A stretch of DNA of 64,000 bases from Pachysolen tannophilus NRRL Y-2460 (taxonomy: Eukaryota): contig KV454012.1 in NCBI GenBank assembly GCA_001661245.1, positions 1,910,418-1,974,417 on the forward strand, given 5' to 3'. Each line of letters begins with the position of its first letter. The stretch's first letter is position 1. The translations under genes were made by a program, and so were the position numbers. Below are positions 12,329-22,517 of this stretch, piece after piece. The notes below the pieces were generated by a model. That model was given only the letters and a program-made list of their open reading frames with translations. It had not been told where the DNA came from and searched no databases.

Positions 12329-15300
12329 ATGAAGAGATTGTTACCATTGCTGAAGCATATTTTAATTCATCATTTTAGATTTGAAATACTCAAATCATAT
12401 TATAATAGATTGGCTCAACAAATTTTAAAGAATCCGCGGTTATTCATATTATGGCCAATATTAATAATATTTATAATATCTTATCCGGCTATTTATTCTT
12501 TATATTCGGCTCCGTCATTAGCTCTTCATTCTTATAATTCGGATTTTAAAAGTATATTGGTGGATGAATCATCAATAATGCAATTTAATAATAAAGATTC
12601 CGATAATAGAGCATTGGCAGATTTGGAATTTAAACAATTATGGATTCAAACTAATTTTAACGATTATGATAATCAAGAAATTAATAATAACAATAATAAC
12701 AATAATAATAATATTAATAAGGAAAATCATCAATCGTATAATATCGATGATGATGATGAAGATAATAATAATAATAATAATTTAAATAAGGACATTCAAA
12801 TCAGCAAAAAAACTAATAATAAAAATAAAAAATTTAATGATGATGAAGATAATAGATCAAATGCATTACAAAAAACATTTCTCTTAAACGCATTAAGCTT
12901 ACAAAAGAGATTATTAGAAGGAATTCAAATTTCAGATAATGTTCATGATGGCCTGGCGGGACCCAGAGCTTTTGTACATTCACCACTCCAATTTTGGGGA
13001 AATAATGAAAAGATATTAGAAAATGATGAAAAAATATTGAAAACAATTCATGCAAATTCACCTAAAAAGTCCCCAACTGGTGTAACATTAGCACATTCAA
13101 GTTTATTTTCAGGAATAGTTAAAGTAAATGGTTTAGTCAAATCTGCAGATGCTTTAAAAATTTCTTTATTTTATAAACCTAATAAAGATGGAATTGATGC
13201 AGGTGATATTTGGGATCAAAATTTAAAATTATTAAAAGATGAACAATTACAAAATGAATTTGAAAATCTTAATTTTATAATATTTAACAAAGAAAAAAAT
13301 GAAACAAAATTTAAAAAAATTCATATGAGAATAATACCGATGAAGTTTGCTGATCAAATAATGCTTGCATTAACATATATATGCATAGTACTGTATTTCG
13401 TGATATCATTGGTAAATATTCATTCAGTTAAATCAAGAATAGGATTATTGATTGCATTTGTTGTTGAAGTGGCATTATCAATTTTTTCTGCCCTGACAAT
13501 AACTTCATATTTATTTAGAGGAATAGATTTTTTCCAAATGCCTTCACAAATTTTACCATTTGTTGTGATTGTGGTAGGCATTGAAAACATGTTTAGATTG
13601 CTCAATTCCATCTTATCAATTCCTGATGAAATGCCTTTGCAAATTAAATTATCAAGAGCATTAACAAACAGTGGGTTATCTTCAACTTTGATAGTAGCAG
13701 CAGATTTGTTGATACTAATATTTGTTATTCCATTTGTTGCTTCTTCAACTAGACAGTTTTGCTGTTTTGCTCTAATAGCTTTAGTAATTGATCATTTTTT
13801 ACATTTGACATATTTTACAGCAGTAGTTAGTGTTGATATGAGAAGATTAGAGTTAGAGAATTTATTACGCCGCTCAAATGCTCAAGGAGGCGGTTTAATT
13901 CCATCATCAGCTAACAGAGTGGATAATGGAAATAAGAAACGTGCTGTTCCTAAAAAGAATTTACTTTCAAATTCTCATTTGGATATATCCATTGATGTTC
14001 CTAGGAGAAGATTTTCTTTGAAGAATTTTTTTGGAGAAAGTTTCTTTAAGATTAAATTACCATTTTCAACAACAGTAGCTGGATCAGTATTTATGGTCGT
14101 TCTTCTATTAATTGTTAATTTACGTTGGATTGGAAGTAGTTCTCATATTAATGTATTTCATCAGGATAACGAAATATATAAATCGAGTTTACCTTCTTCG
14201 GAATATGATAAACAACAACCAGGAATTGTTTCAGAAAATCTATTATCATCTTCTGTCCATTTATCTGATCAGTTTAATATATCGGTTGTGGAAAATGGTA
14301 AATTTACGTTTTTCCTTGATCAAAAATATTTTGGTATGGAATTTGCCAAGTTATTGGAAATCCCAGATAAATACGATGTATACAAGCTAACAATATTAGT
14401 GGAAGAACCTTCGATTGCTGTTCATAAATCGGCTTTTGATGAATTTGAGTTTAATTTTTACAGAAACTATCATAATAACTATGGAAATAGATATGGTTTC
14501 CATAATAAATTGATCCCAATTGTGAATTTTGATTTACAAACCACCTACAAATTTGATGTTTATTATTTGTTTGAATTTTTAACTTCTTTAATTTTTACCC
14601 TGTCAGTTGCAAGTATGATTTTAAAGTTGTTTATTAAAACCAATGACTATGGAAGTATGATGACTTCAGACAATGTTCTTAGTGATGATACACTGTATAA
14701 GTTTAGTTTCAAGCCCCCATTTAACTGTAAAGAATTATGCAATGGTCATTTTTTGGATATTATTAATGTCACTACTTCTGCTTGTCCTTTTATAGTTTCA
14801 GTTGGAGTGGACCGAAAATTATTAGTTTGGTCACCCGTAACGAATCCACTTCCTCCACCTACAGAGTTACCTATTTCAAAGCAACTTTGGCCAATAACAA
14901 ACGTTGTTATGTCGGATTCTGGTAATTTCATTGCCGCATTTAACAAATATGGTACAATTAAATGTTGGTCAAGATTGTCAATGATTTGTATCTGGACTGT
15001 ACAGATTGATGATTTGAAAAAGTCTAAAATGTTGGAATCATTTTTCAGGAAAAGAACGGCTCCAGCATTTTCCAGCAGGAAGAAAGGAATTAAAAGTAGG
15101 TTGGCTAAAAAAACCCGTCCAAATGGTGGATCGAGTAACAACTTCAACTATAATCAAAGTGTTATAACTGAAGATGATGACAAGGTTAATTCTTCCGAGA
15201 GGTCTGAAGTGAGACATAGCAGGGCCACTTCAATTTCATCAATGACTCTCCCCAGATCAATGTCTATTGATTCTACTTTTGATCGCAGTAATAATTTGAA

Positions 15301-16675
15301 ACTGTTAAGTGAAAATACAGACTATGAATTCACTATGATTTTATCGAATGGATCTATGTATATAATTTCATGCGAAGACGGAAGTCTAAAAGAAGAAAAA
15401 ATAACCACATCACCATTAGTTAGTGCTGCAAAAATTATATCACCCAGAGTTAATGATAGATTGGTTTGTATTACGGACTCGGGTAATCTTATTGTCGCAG
15501 TAGTTATAAATAACAAATGGAAAATTAGAGAATTAGCAGTACAGAAGGAAAACTATAATTCGGGAAGAAGTTTATTGACACCTGCAGCATTATCTAGGAA
15601 GTCAAGTTTTTCATCTTTAGCACATCAAAATTTCCAAAAGAGTCCAGAATTACGATCGCAATTGAATTTTCAAAAAAAACATCCTTGGGACCATCATCTG
15701 GACGTTGACGATGATGAAGAGAATAGGAAAAAAACAGAATTTGAAAATTCGGAGATTGCTACAGTTTCGTTTGTTGGTATGATTGTTAGAACTAAAGGCA
15801 CTATTGCAGAATTAATTGATGTACAAACTGGGACATTAGTGAAAACTTTTAATATTGGACAATTTAAACGAGGTACTTTTAAAGTATTTCATTCACCTCC
15901 TATACATTGCAGATTTTGTGGTAGTGCTTCGATATCTTCTTTTTCTATTGTCTATATCGAATTGGATACAAATACTTTGATATTACATACATTTTCCATT
16001 GATAATAGAGCCAAAAACAATATTTGTTTACGTGTTGAGAGAGATCCTAGGGAAACGAGATGTCTTGGTTTTGAGAGGGTCACTGAGCATCAGCATTGGT
16101 TGGATAATGTTGAAGGTTGGTGTTTGACAGATCTGAACATGGTGATGGGTATTAGAAGAAAAGAAGGGGTAGAGATGAAAGACCGAGATATAATACATTC
16201 TTCTAGCTCTTATTCGACTTCAGTGCGGTCTTCTTTGATTAGCAACTTGAAACTTAAGAGGAATAGTGGTGGAAATGGTGTTGAAAGTCAAAAACTAGGA
16301 CAAAAACAGAATGGCGATTCCGGTTCTTCACTTAATAGTGATAAGATATGGGAAGGTTTTACCTTAGACGCATCTGGTAAGGTACTTTACAATCAAATTC
16401 CGAATGGTTCAGATAATGGCTTATTTATCAAGAGTATTGGCCCCGTTGCAAAGTTTGGTCATAAATCGATTGTTGTCACTTTTGGAAATGTCATGAAAAT
16501 TTTCTACAATGGAAATTCAAACTTATTTGATGTAGATGGTATTGGAAGTGACACCAGCGACAGTAATATTAACAGATTAGGTTTCATCAACAGAAGAAAG
16601 AGATTAAATGTTTATAATTATCAGTTGACACATTCGACAAATTATAATGTGACTGATGAGTTGCTGGAAGAATGA
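12329..16675 (+). CDS. SCAP: SREBP cleavage-activating protein (sterol-sensing domain + C-terminal WD40-like region), 1448 aa
   Basis: Luminal FVHSPLQFW; SSD with VKSRIGL, ILPFVVIVVGIENMFRL and YFTAVVSVDMRRLELENL (cf. mammalian VLSIDIRRMELADL); WD40-like GHFLDI...SVGVDRKLLVW; Cys-containing HCRFCG...ICLR...CLG segment typical of fungal SCAPs. Confidence 0.9.
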   Translation: MKRLLPLLKHILIHHFRFEILKSYYNRLAQQILKNPRLFILWPILIIFIISYPAIYSLYSAPSLALHSYNSDFKSILVDESSIMQFNNKDSDNRALADLEFKQLWIQTNFNDYDNQEINNNNNNNNNNINKENHQSYNIDDDDEDNNNNNNLNKDIQISKKTNNKNKKFNDDEDNRSNALQKTFLLNALSLQKRLLEGIQISDNVHDGLAGPRAFVHSPLQFWGNNEKILENDEKILKTIHANSPKKSPTGVTLAHSSLFSGIVKVNGLVKSADALKISLFYKPNKDGIDAGDIWDQNLKLLKDEQLQNEFENLNFIIFNKEKNETKFKKIHMRIIPMKFADQIMLALTYICIVLYFVISLVNIHSVKSRIGLLIAFVVEVALSIFSALTITSYLFRGIDFFQMPSQILPFVVIVVGIENMFRLLNSILSIPDEMPLQIKLSRALTNSGLSSTLIVAADLLILIFVIPFVASSTRQFCCFALIALVIDHFLHLTYFTAVVSVDMRRLELENLLRRSNAQGGGLIPSSANRVDNGNKKRAVPKKNLLSNSHLDISIDVPRRRFSLKNFFGESFFKIKLPFSTTVAGSVFMVVLLLIVNLRWIGSSSHINVFHQDNEIYKSSLPSSEYDKQQPGIVSENLLSSSVHLSDQFNISVVENGKFTFFLDQKYFGMEFAKLLEIPDKYDVYKLTILVEEPSIAVHKSAFDEFEFNFYRNYHNNYGNRYGFHNKLIPIVNFDLQTTYKFDVYYLFEFLTSLIFTLSVASMILKLFIKTNDYGSMMTSDNVLSDDTLYKFSFKPPFNCKELCNGHFLDIINVTTSACPFIVSVGVDRKLLVWSPVTNPLPPPTELPISKQLWPITNVVMSDSGNFIAAFNKYGTIKCWSRLSMICIWTVQIDDLKKSKMLESFFRKRTAPAFSSRKKGIKSRLAKKTRPNGGSSNNFNYNQSVITEDDDKVNSSERSEVRHSRATSISSMTLPRSMSIDSTFDRSNNLKLLSENTDYEFTMILSNGSMYIISCEDGSLKEEKITTSPLVSAAKIISPRVNDRLVCITDSGNLIVAVVINNKWKIRELAVQKENYNSGRSLLTPAALSRKSSFSSLAHQNFQKSPELRSQLNFQKKHPWDHHLDVDDDEENRKKTEFENSEIATVSFVGMIVRTKGTIAELIDVQTGTLVKTFNIGQFKRGTFKVFHSPPIHCRFCGSASISSFSIVYIELDTNTLILHTFSIDNRAKNNICLRVERDPRETRCLGFERVTEHQHWLDNVEGWCLTDLNMVMGIRRKEGVEMKDRDIIHSSSSYSTSVRSSLISNLKLKRNSGGNGVESQKLGQKQNGDSGSSLNSDKIWEGFTLDASGKVLYNQIPNGSDNGLFIKSIGPVAKFGHKSIVVTFGNVMKIFYNGNSNLFDVDGIGSDTSDSNINRLGFINRRKRLNVYNYQLTHSTNYNVTDELLEE

Positions 16676-16922
16676 TGAAGAATGAGAAATATATATATAA
16701 AAAAAAAAATAAATGGAAAGAACATTTACAAAAAAACAATTTTTTTTTCTTTTATTTTTTTTTAATAAAGGGAAAAGAAGAGCAGTATCAAAACTGACTG
16801 AATCTATTAAAGTTTAAAGGTCCTTCTTTTCTTTGGAACTATTGCATGTTGTTTTTCTTATTCCTAAAGCTTATGTTTACTTTATATTTCACTGTTTCTT
16901 TTTAAGGGAAACATTTTTTTTT

Positions 16923-16997
16923 TACTACTACTACTCTTACTACTACTATTATTATTACTATTATTATTATTATTACTATTATTATTATTATCATTAT
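16923..16997. repeat. (TAC/TAT)n trinucleotide microsatellite
   Basis: tactactac...tattattat tract in the SCAP-SNF6 intergenic region; it produces the spurious poly-Tyr ORF. Confidence 0.85.
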
Positions 16998-17444
16998 TGC
17001 GTTTTACTCATTTTATTCATTTGCCTGTATTTTTACTATTTTTAATTTTGTCTTGGAGTAAACAGTACAGGTTTATTTGTCTTAACTTTGATACATTTAT
17101 TCTATTGTAGATTCTTCACATATCCCTCCAACTAAAATATCAAAAAACCCACATCACCATCTACTCAACCCGGAAATCTTCAATAATCACAACTTTACCT
17201 CTCCTGATATCATCGTCGGTTTTATCACTCCATTTCCATCACCAGAAACCATATCCAAAATGGCAGGCGTGTAAACTGGATCAAAAACAGGTGAAAAAAG
17301 GTAGTGCACTTCTAACTGTATTTTGTTTTGATTAAAAAACTGTGGAACCAAAAAACGCCAGTACAGGATAAATATTATACGAATACGAGTTTTATTCAAG
17401 TTATTGGGATTTTGTTTTAAGTTGATCAAGAAAATTTTTTTGAA

Positions 17445-18785
17445 ATGAAGGAGCCAAGAGTGGGAAATGCGCCTTATAAGAAGCGGCGGTCGAAGTCGAA
17501 CGCTGTTCAGCAGCAGCAGCAAGCACATCAACAAGCACCGATTTCTCTGCCACCACCAGCTATTGAAGAAATTTCTATCCATGATGAAATTGATGTATTA
17601 TCATATAGACATGAAGTATCTCGTAAATTAATAGGCAATCAAGAATTATTGGAGAATGTGACTCAGAAATATTTTACCATTGATAGTATTGTTCCACCGA
17701 AATCGCTTCCTGATTCGATTATACAAGGTATTAAATTTGATTCTTCAAAAGATGATGTTGAAAATAAAAATCAAGAATTATTAGAGAGAGAAAATTTGAT
17801 ATTAAGAAGTAAATTGAATAATTTATTACCTAATGATATTATATTAGGTGACATAAAATTGATGAATTTAAAATTAAGAATGTTAGAAGAGGAAAATTTG
17901 TCTTTAAAAAATGAATTGGATGAATCGGAAAAAATATTGGTCAATGAAGAATATGAGTACCAGTTTAAAAAATCTGAAGAATTGAGAAAATCATTTATTA
18001 ACTTAAATGGAGCTGATAAATATGAAGAACAAACAAAGTTAGTTGAGGATATAATGAATAATGACTATAAATATAATTTTAAAAAAATTTTCCATAAAGA
18101 GGATGCCATAACTCAATTCTCACAACCAAACTTGTATAACAACAGAATAACGGCTGCTTCAGTAGCTTCACTGAATTTAGCTAAACAAAAAGAACTAGAG
18201 CAGCAACAGCAACAGCAACAGCAAGAACAGCAGCTGCAGCAGCAACAACAACAACTACAACAAACTGATAATATGAACATTCAAGACAACAATAACGATA
18301 GTGCTATTGTTTCGCCATTTCAACCCCTGCAATCAAGACCTTCTTCTCAAATGCTGCAGTCTCGTAATCATTTTTTGTCCAATCTGTCTGTACCATTGCA
18401 GCAGCAGCAGCCACAACCACAACAACTGTTTATTCCTCAAGACCGTTTCCAGCTCACTCCTCAGCAATCTTTCAACAATTTGGTTCCTCAGATAAACCAG
18501 CAACTGCCTCCTCTCCAGCAACTGCAACAGCAGCAGCCACAACAACAACAACAACAACAGCTGCCACCTGTATCTCAGCCTCAAAAAATGCAACAGTTGG
18601 CCCAACAGCAAAATCAGAATACTCTGTTATACGGGAACCAACTAGACAGTTTTGGAATATTGCCTCCAAATGATTTCACAGCTTCTGCCGGAAATGATGA
18701 TCTTTTGAAGGATGATGGATCCTTTAATGGATTGCTACAGTCTACATTGGATGATCAAGTTTTCTTTGATCATAGTATGGAATAA
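17445..18785 (+). CDS. SNF6: SWI/SNF subunit Snf6 orthologue (Q-rich)
   Basis: N-terminal KKRRS; IHDEIDVLSYRHEVSRKLIGN resembles ScSnf6 IHDESDTISFRSNLLKNFISS; C-terminal LDDQVFF resembles ScSnf6 DLDAVFF. It lies two genes from NPR3 (YHL025W/YHL023C in S. cerevisiae). Confidence 0.75.
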   Translation: MKEPRVGNAPYKKRRSKSNAVQQQQQAHQQAPISLPPPAIEEISIHDEIDVLSYRHEVSRKLIGNQELLENVTQKYFTIDSIVPPKSLPDSIIQGIKFDSSKDDVENKNQELLERENLILRSKLNNLLPNDIILGDIKLMNLKLRMLEEENLSLKNELDESEKILVNEEYEYQFKKSEELRKSFINLNGADKYEEQTKLVEDIMNNDYKYNFKKIFHKEDAITQFSQPNLYNNRITAASVASLNLAKQKELEQQQQQQQQEQQLQQQQQQLQQTDNMNIQDNNNDSAIVSPFQPLQSRPSSQMLQSRNHFLSNLSVPLQQQQPQPQQLFIPQDRFQLTPQQSFNNLVPQINQQLPPLQQLQQQQPQQQQQQQLPPVSQPQKMQQLAQQQNQNTLLYGNQLDSFGILPPNDFTASAGNDDLLKDDGSFNGLLQSTLDDQVFFDHSME

Positions 18786-19032
18786 ACATGCTATGAGAAA
18801 TTATATATTACTACTATTCTTATTATATATGTATTTTTAAAGAGCTTTTATGGACTGAAATTATAAATAACTTCGATGTACTTATGTTTTTGACCCTTTC
18901 AGGGTCCTTATATTCCTTGTAGATTATTAAGAAGTACCAATTGATTGATAGGAACTAAAAAAGCGAAAACTCCCCCTAACCCATCTGTGATTTTTCTTGT
19001 TCATTAAATAACAAGTATCTATTTTTTGTGAC

Positions 19033-22000
19033 TTAATTCGTAATATAAAAAAATTTCTTGACGACAAACCCGGTACTTACTATAGTAATTATTGTTATTG
19101 CATTGATAACTATTAGCACCATGCAACTAAAAAAACAACGAGGAGCAAAAATCTTCCATACCATTAAATGACGTCTAAAAAAGGTAGTCATTAAGGTACT
19201 TCCAAACAGCAAAAATAAATTGATCATTATGAAAAAGATTAAGTTTTCTGCAATTTTAGAAATTAAAGTAATTGGCTTAGATGAAGGAGATCGTTTGTAA
19301 ACAGATAGTAATCCAGCAGTCAAAGAACATATTATAAAACCTCCAAAAGTATTCAAAATAATAGGAATTTGATTAAATGGGAACATAATAGTTTCAGTTG
19401 CCAAAAATCCAATTTCCCATTGTATCGATTGTAAAGTTGCTTGATGTCCTGTTGAAAAAAAATTGGAATAAGCTAGTAAAGATAAAACCACAGTAATTAT
19501 GGAATGATTTTTTAGTTGCAAAATGTCCGCCAATTCTAGTAAAGATAATATTTGATTAACAAGTAAAAATAACGAAAGTTCTCCCAATGGTTTAGTGGCC
19601 ATTAAAACAGCAACCAAAAAGTTTACTATTAGCAAAAAATAGGACGACCCATAAACGTTACCGTACCCAACTATATAGGCCTCCTTACCTTTATTTGATA
19701 CCAGCGATTTTTCTTTTGAATTGTTATTATCATTAATTTCTAGTTTAATACATATAGGGCCAAATGACCAACTAATGTTTGCTGCAATCAACGATATTCC
19801 TAAAATTGTTCTTGAAATTGTAAGCTTAATCGATTTCAAAACTTCAAGATTAATGAAGCTCAAAGAAGAGAATTTGTCGTCATGCTCAATTAATTCTAAA
19901 GTCCAATAAACAGCAACACAAACCATAGAGTATTTCAATCCTTTTGAAATCCACATCTGCGCCGCTGTTTGATAAGACGAAGTAATATTATAAAACAGCT
20001 TCAAACATTCAGGTAGTAAGTAAGAGGTAATATACAATAGAAGCACAGACCACCAAGTGATTTCAAAATTAGATCTGCAATACGGATGCTGTTCTTCTCG
20101 ACACAAAGTAATCGTTGATGATAACCTTTGCAAAATAATAAACATCAAAGAGTGATAAATTCCCAATATTTTTGATAAGTTTGAGCTTGTATCATTAGCA
20201 CTGTATTTTTTTTGCAAGTTTCTTATTAAAGAGATGAAGCCAAAAGTGCTTAATAAAAATGAAACAATCTTATCTTCCCAAATGACAAATGAGTTTGAAG
20301 CAAAAATCAAACAGTGAATAAGTAAAAATGCAAAGCTTAAATACGACCAACCACCATCTAAAACATTCTCTCTAATTTGAGCTAAAAGCCATGGAATTGA
20401 ATATCTGTCCATTAGTGGAACCAAAATTCCAATGATGATACCAAATCCGACACCCAAAAGTGAGGACCACAGAAAATTGAGTGTCTCTGGCCTCAATACA
20501 AAAAATATTGAGTTGGTAATAGTTATACCTAAAAACATGGAAAACACACCAACGTTAAAAAACTGGTCATTTAACTGGCATATAACAATTGAAGGAATTA
20601 TTTTAGAGTAAGTTAACATTAAGCATAAAGAAACAAAAAGCAAAGAGACACCAATTGATATGCTCAATAAATCAAACCTTGCCCATAAATTTTTACATCT
20701 ATCCAATGATAAAGCTTGATAATTAAGAGCCGCGACATTGAAGTCAGTTTTATCATATGAATTTTTTTTATAAATTTCAAATAATTCTTGATATTTGTTG
20801 TTAATTTCCTCATCCCCAGCTAAAATTGAGGAAGAATTTCTATAATTTTGAATCTGCGTTACTGTCTCAAAATTTGCTCTTGCTAAATTTTCTATATTAT
20901 TATTAAAACATTCTTGAATTGGGATACCCAAATTATTATATGGAATTGGCAAACCTAATAGTAATGATAAAGTTGGCACCAAATCTATTTGATTAACAGA
21001 TCTATGATATTTCCCAGCATTTGAGATGTTGTAATAACTATCTTCCAATCTACCAAAAAAAGGTTTTTTGGAATACATGAATAAAGCAGCTTCAACTTCG
21101 TCTTTAGATTCGCCACCATGGTTCCCTGTTTGATCCATTCCATGATCACCCATAACCAATAACAAAGTTTCATTATCAATCTCGCTGATAACATTAGAAA
21201 TAAATTCATTCATTTGCTTTAATTTTGCAGCCATTGAAAAATGTTTTGGACCATACCTATGACCAGCATGGTCAACACCTAATAAATGAGCAATCATCAC
21301 GTCCCAATCTTTTTTATTATTATTTTCCAATAATGGGAAAATATGTTCTATTACACCATTGTCCACTGTATGCAAGTCCCATACGTTCAATGAGTCGTAT
21401 GGGAAAGATAATTTTTGATTGAAAAAAGGGTTAAATAAAGCTGTCCAAGTATCATCACCAATAAAAGCAACACTTTTATTATTATAATATAATTGACTAA
21501 TCCAATTATCTTCATCTATAACATCTCCATTAAAATTAGATCCAGCATCTATAAAAGTAGGTAAAGAACCTGTTGTTAAACCTTTTAATCTTTGTAAAGT
21601 TGTTGTTGGAGGATCAGCAATAAATTTCAACAACAAGGAATTCTCTTTATGTGATTGAGTTAAATCATACAAAACTGGGAGTTGATTATGATACATTTCT
21701 TTTGAACCTTCATTCGGTATAACAAAATCAAATCTTAAAGCATCTATTACTATCAATACAGCTTTATTGAAATGTGAAGGTTTAAAACAATTTTCATTGA
21801 CACAAGTGGAAGTGTTATCTAATACTGTCCTTGACAATAAAAATCCTTTCAAGAAAAAAGTTACACCTATTAATTGTAGAATGATGAATAATATTAAAAC
21901 CTTAACATAAGACCAATGAGAATTGTTCAATTTCTTTGCTCTTATATTCAACCTATCTCCAACCTGCTTCAAGATCCTTTGCCGTAACACACTATCCATT

Positions 22001-22218
22001 CGTTGAATGCCACCCTGCAGCAGCAGCACCAGCAGTACCAGCAGCGGTTCTTGTGTATTCAATGGGAGCTGGTATTGCAATGGAAGATTTTTGTTCAAAA
22101 GCTGTTCCGGTATACGTGGTATATCTGGTATGGCATCAAGCATATTGCTTGATGTCTTTAAATCAGAATTGCTTCCTAAAATGTCATCTGTCTGTTGCGA
22201 TTTATCTTCTTCAGACAT
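19033..22218 (-). CDS. GPI13: GPI ethanolamine-phosphate transferase 3 (PIG-O)
   Basis: VIDALRFDF, ADPPTTTLQRLKGLTTGSLPTFIDAGSNF, HLLGVDHAGHRYGP, MGDHGMD..GNHGG and RRHLMVWKIFAPR; multi-TM C-terminus. Confidence 0.97.
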   Translation of the reverse strand: MSEEDKSQQTDDILGSNSDLKTSSNMLDAIPDIPRIPEQLLNKNLPLQYQLPLNTQEPLLVLLVLLLQGGIQRMDSVLRQRILKQVGDRLNIRAKKLNNSHWSYVKVLILFIILQLIGVTFFLKGFLLSRTVLDNTSTCVNENCFKPSHFNKAVLIVIDALRFDFVIPNEGSKEMYHNQLPVLYDLTQSHKENSLLLKFIADPPTTTLQRLKGLTTGSLPTFIDAGSNFNGDVIDEDNWISQLYYNNKSVAFIGDDTWTALFNPFFNQKLSFPYDSLNVWDLHTVDNGVIEHIFPLLENNNKKDWDVMIAHLLGVDHAGHRYGPKHFSMAAKLKQMNEFISNVISEIDNETLLLVMGDHGMDQTGNHGGESKDEVEAALFMYSKKPFFGRLEDSYYNISNAGKYHRSVNQIDLVPTLSLLLGLPIPYNNLGIPIQECFNNNIENLARANFETVTQIQNYRNSSSILAGDEEINNKYQELFEIYKKNSYDKTDFNVAALNYQALSLDRCKNLWARFDLLSISIGVSLLFVSLCLMLTYSKIIPSIVICQLNDQFFNVGVFSMFLGITITNSIFFVLRPETLNFLWSSLLGVGFGIIIGILVPLMDRYSIPWLLAQIRENVLDGGWSYLSFAFLLIHCLIFASNSFVIWEDKIVSFLLSTFGFISLIRNLQKKYSANDTSSNLSKILGIYHSLMFIILQRLSSTITLCREEQHPYCRSNFEITWWSVLLLYITSYLLPECLKLFYNITSSYQTAAQMWISKGLKYSMVCVAVYWTLELIEHDDKFSSLSFINLEVLKSIKLTISRTILGISLIAANISWSFGPICIKLEINDNNNSKEKSLVSNKGKEAYIVGYGNVYGSSYFLLIVNFLVAVLMATKPLGELSLFLLVNQILSLLELADILQLKNHSIITVVLSLLAYSNFFSTGHQATLQSIQWEIGFLATETIMFPFNQIPIILNTFGGFIICSLTAGLLSVYKRSPSSKPITLISKIAENLIFFIMINLFLLFGSTLMTTFFRRHLMVWKIFAPRCFFSCMVLIVINAITIITIVSTGFVVKKFFYITN

Positions 22219-22324
22219 AATTGTTTGTTCAATATTTTAACAAAATATTATATGATTATGTGACACATGTGACTGACTATTGAATTATAATGCTGATGAT
22301 AGGATTACCGATATTTTTGGCAAG

Positions 22325-22359
<35 letters not shown>

Positions 22360-22517
22360 ATAAATATATTTTAATTATATATATATCATTAATAAAAACT
22401 TGTTTACTTTGGTATTTATTTATATAAATATACGTTAAAATTTTTTTACTATGTACACACCACAGCTTAACTAAACAACATTTAATTAACAAAAGAACTA
22501 AATAACAAGAGAAAATT

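Noticed and set aside
17187..17582. 131-aa antisense ORF overlapping the SNF6 start
   Set aside because: Mostly the antisense shadow of SNF6 and its promoter, with no domain-like sequence.
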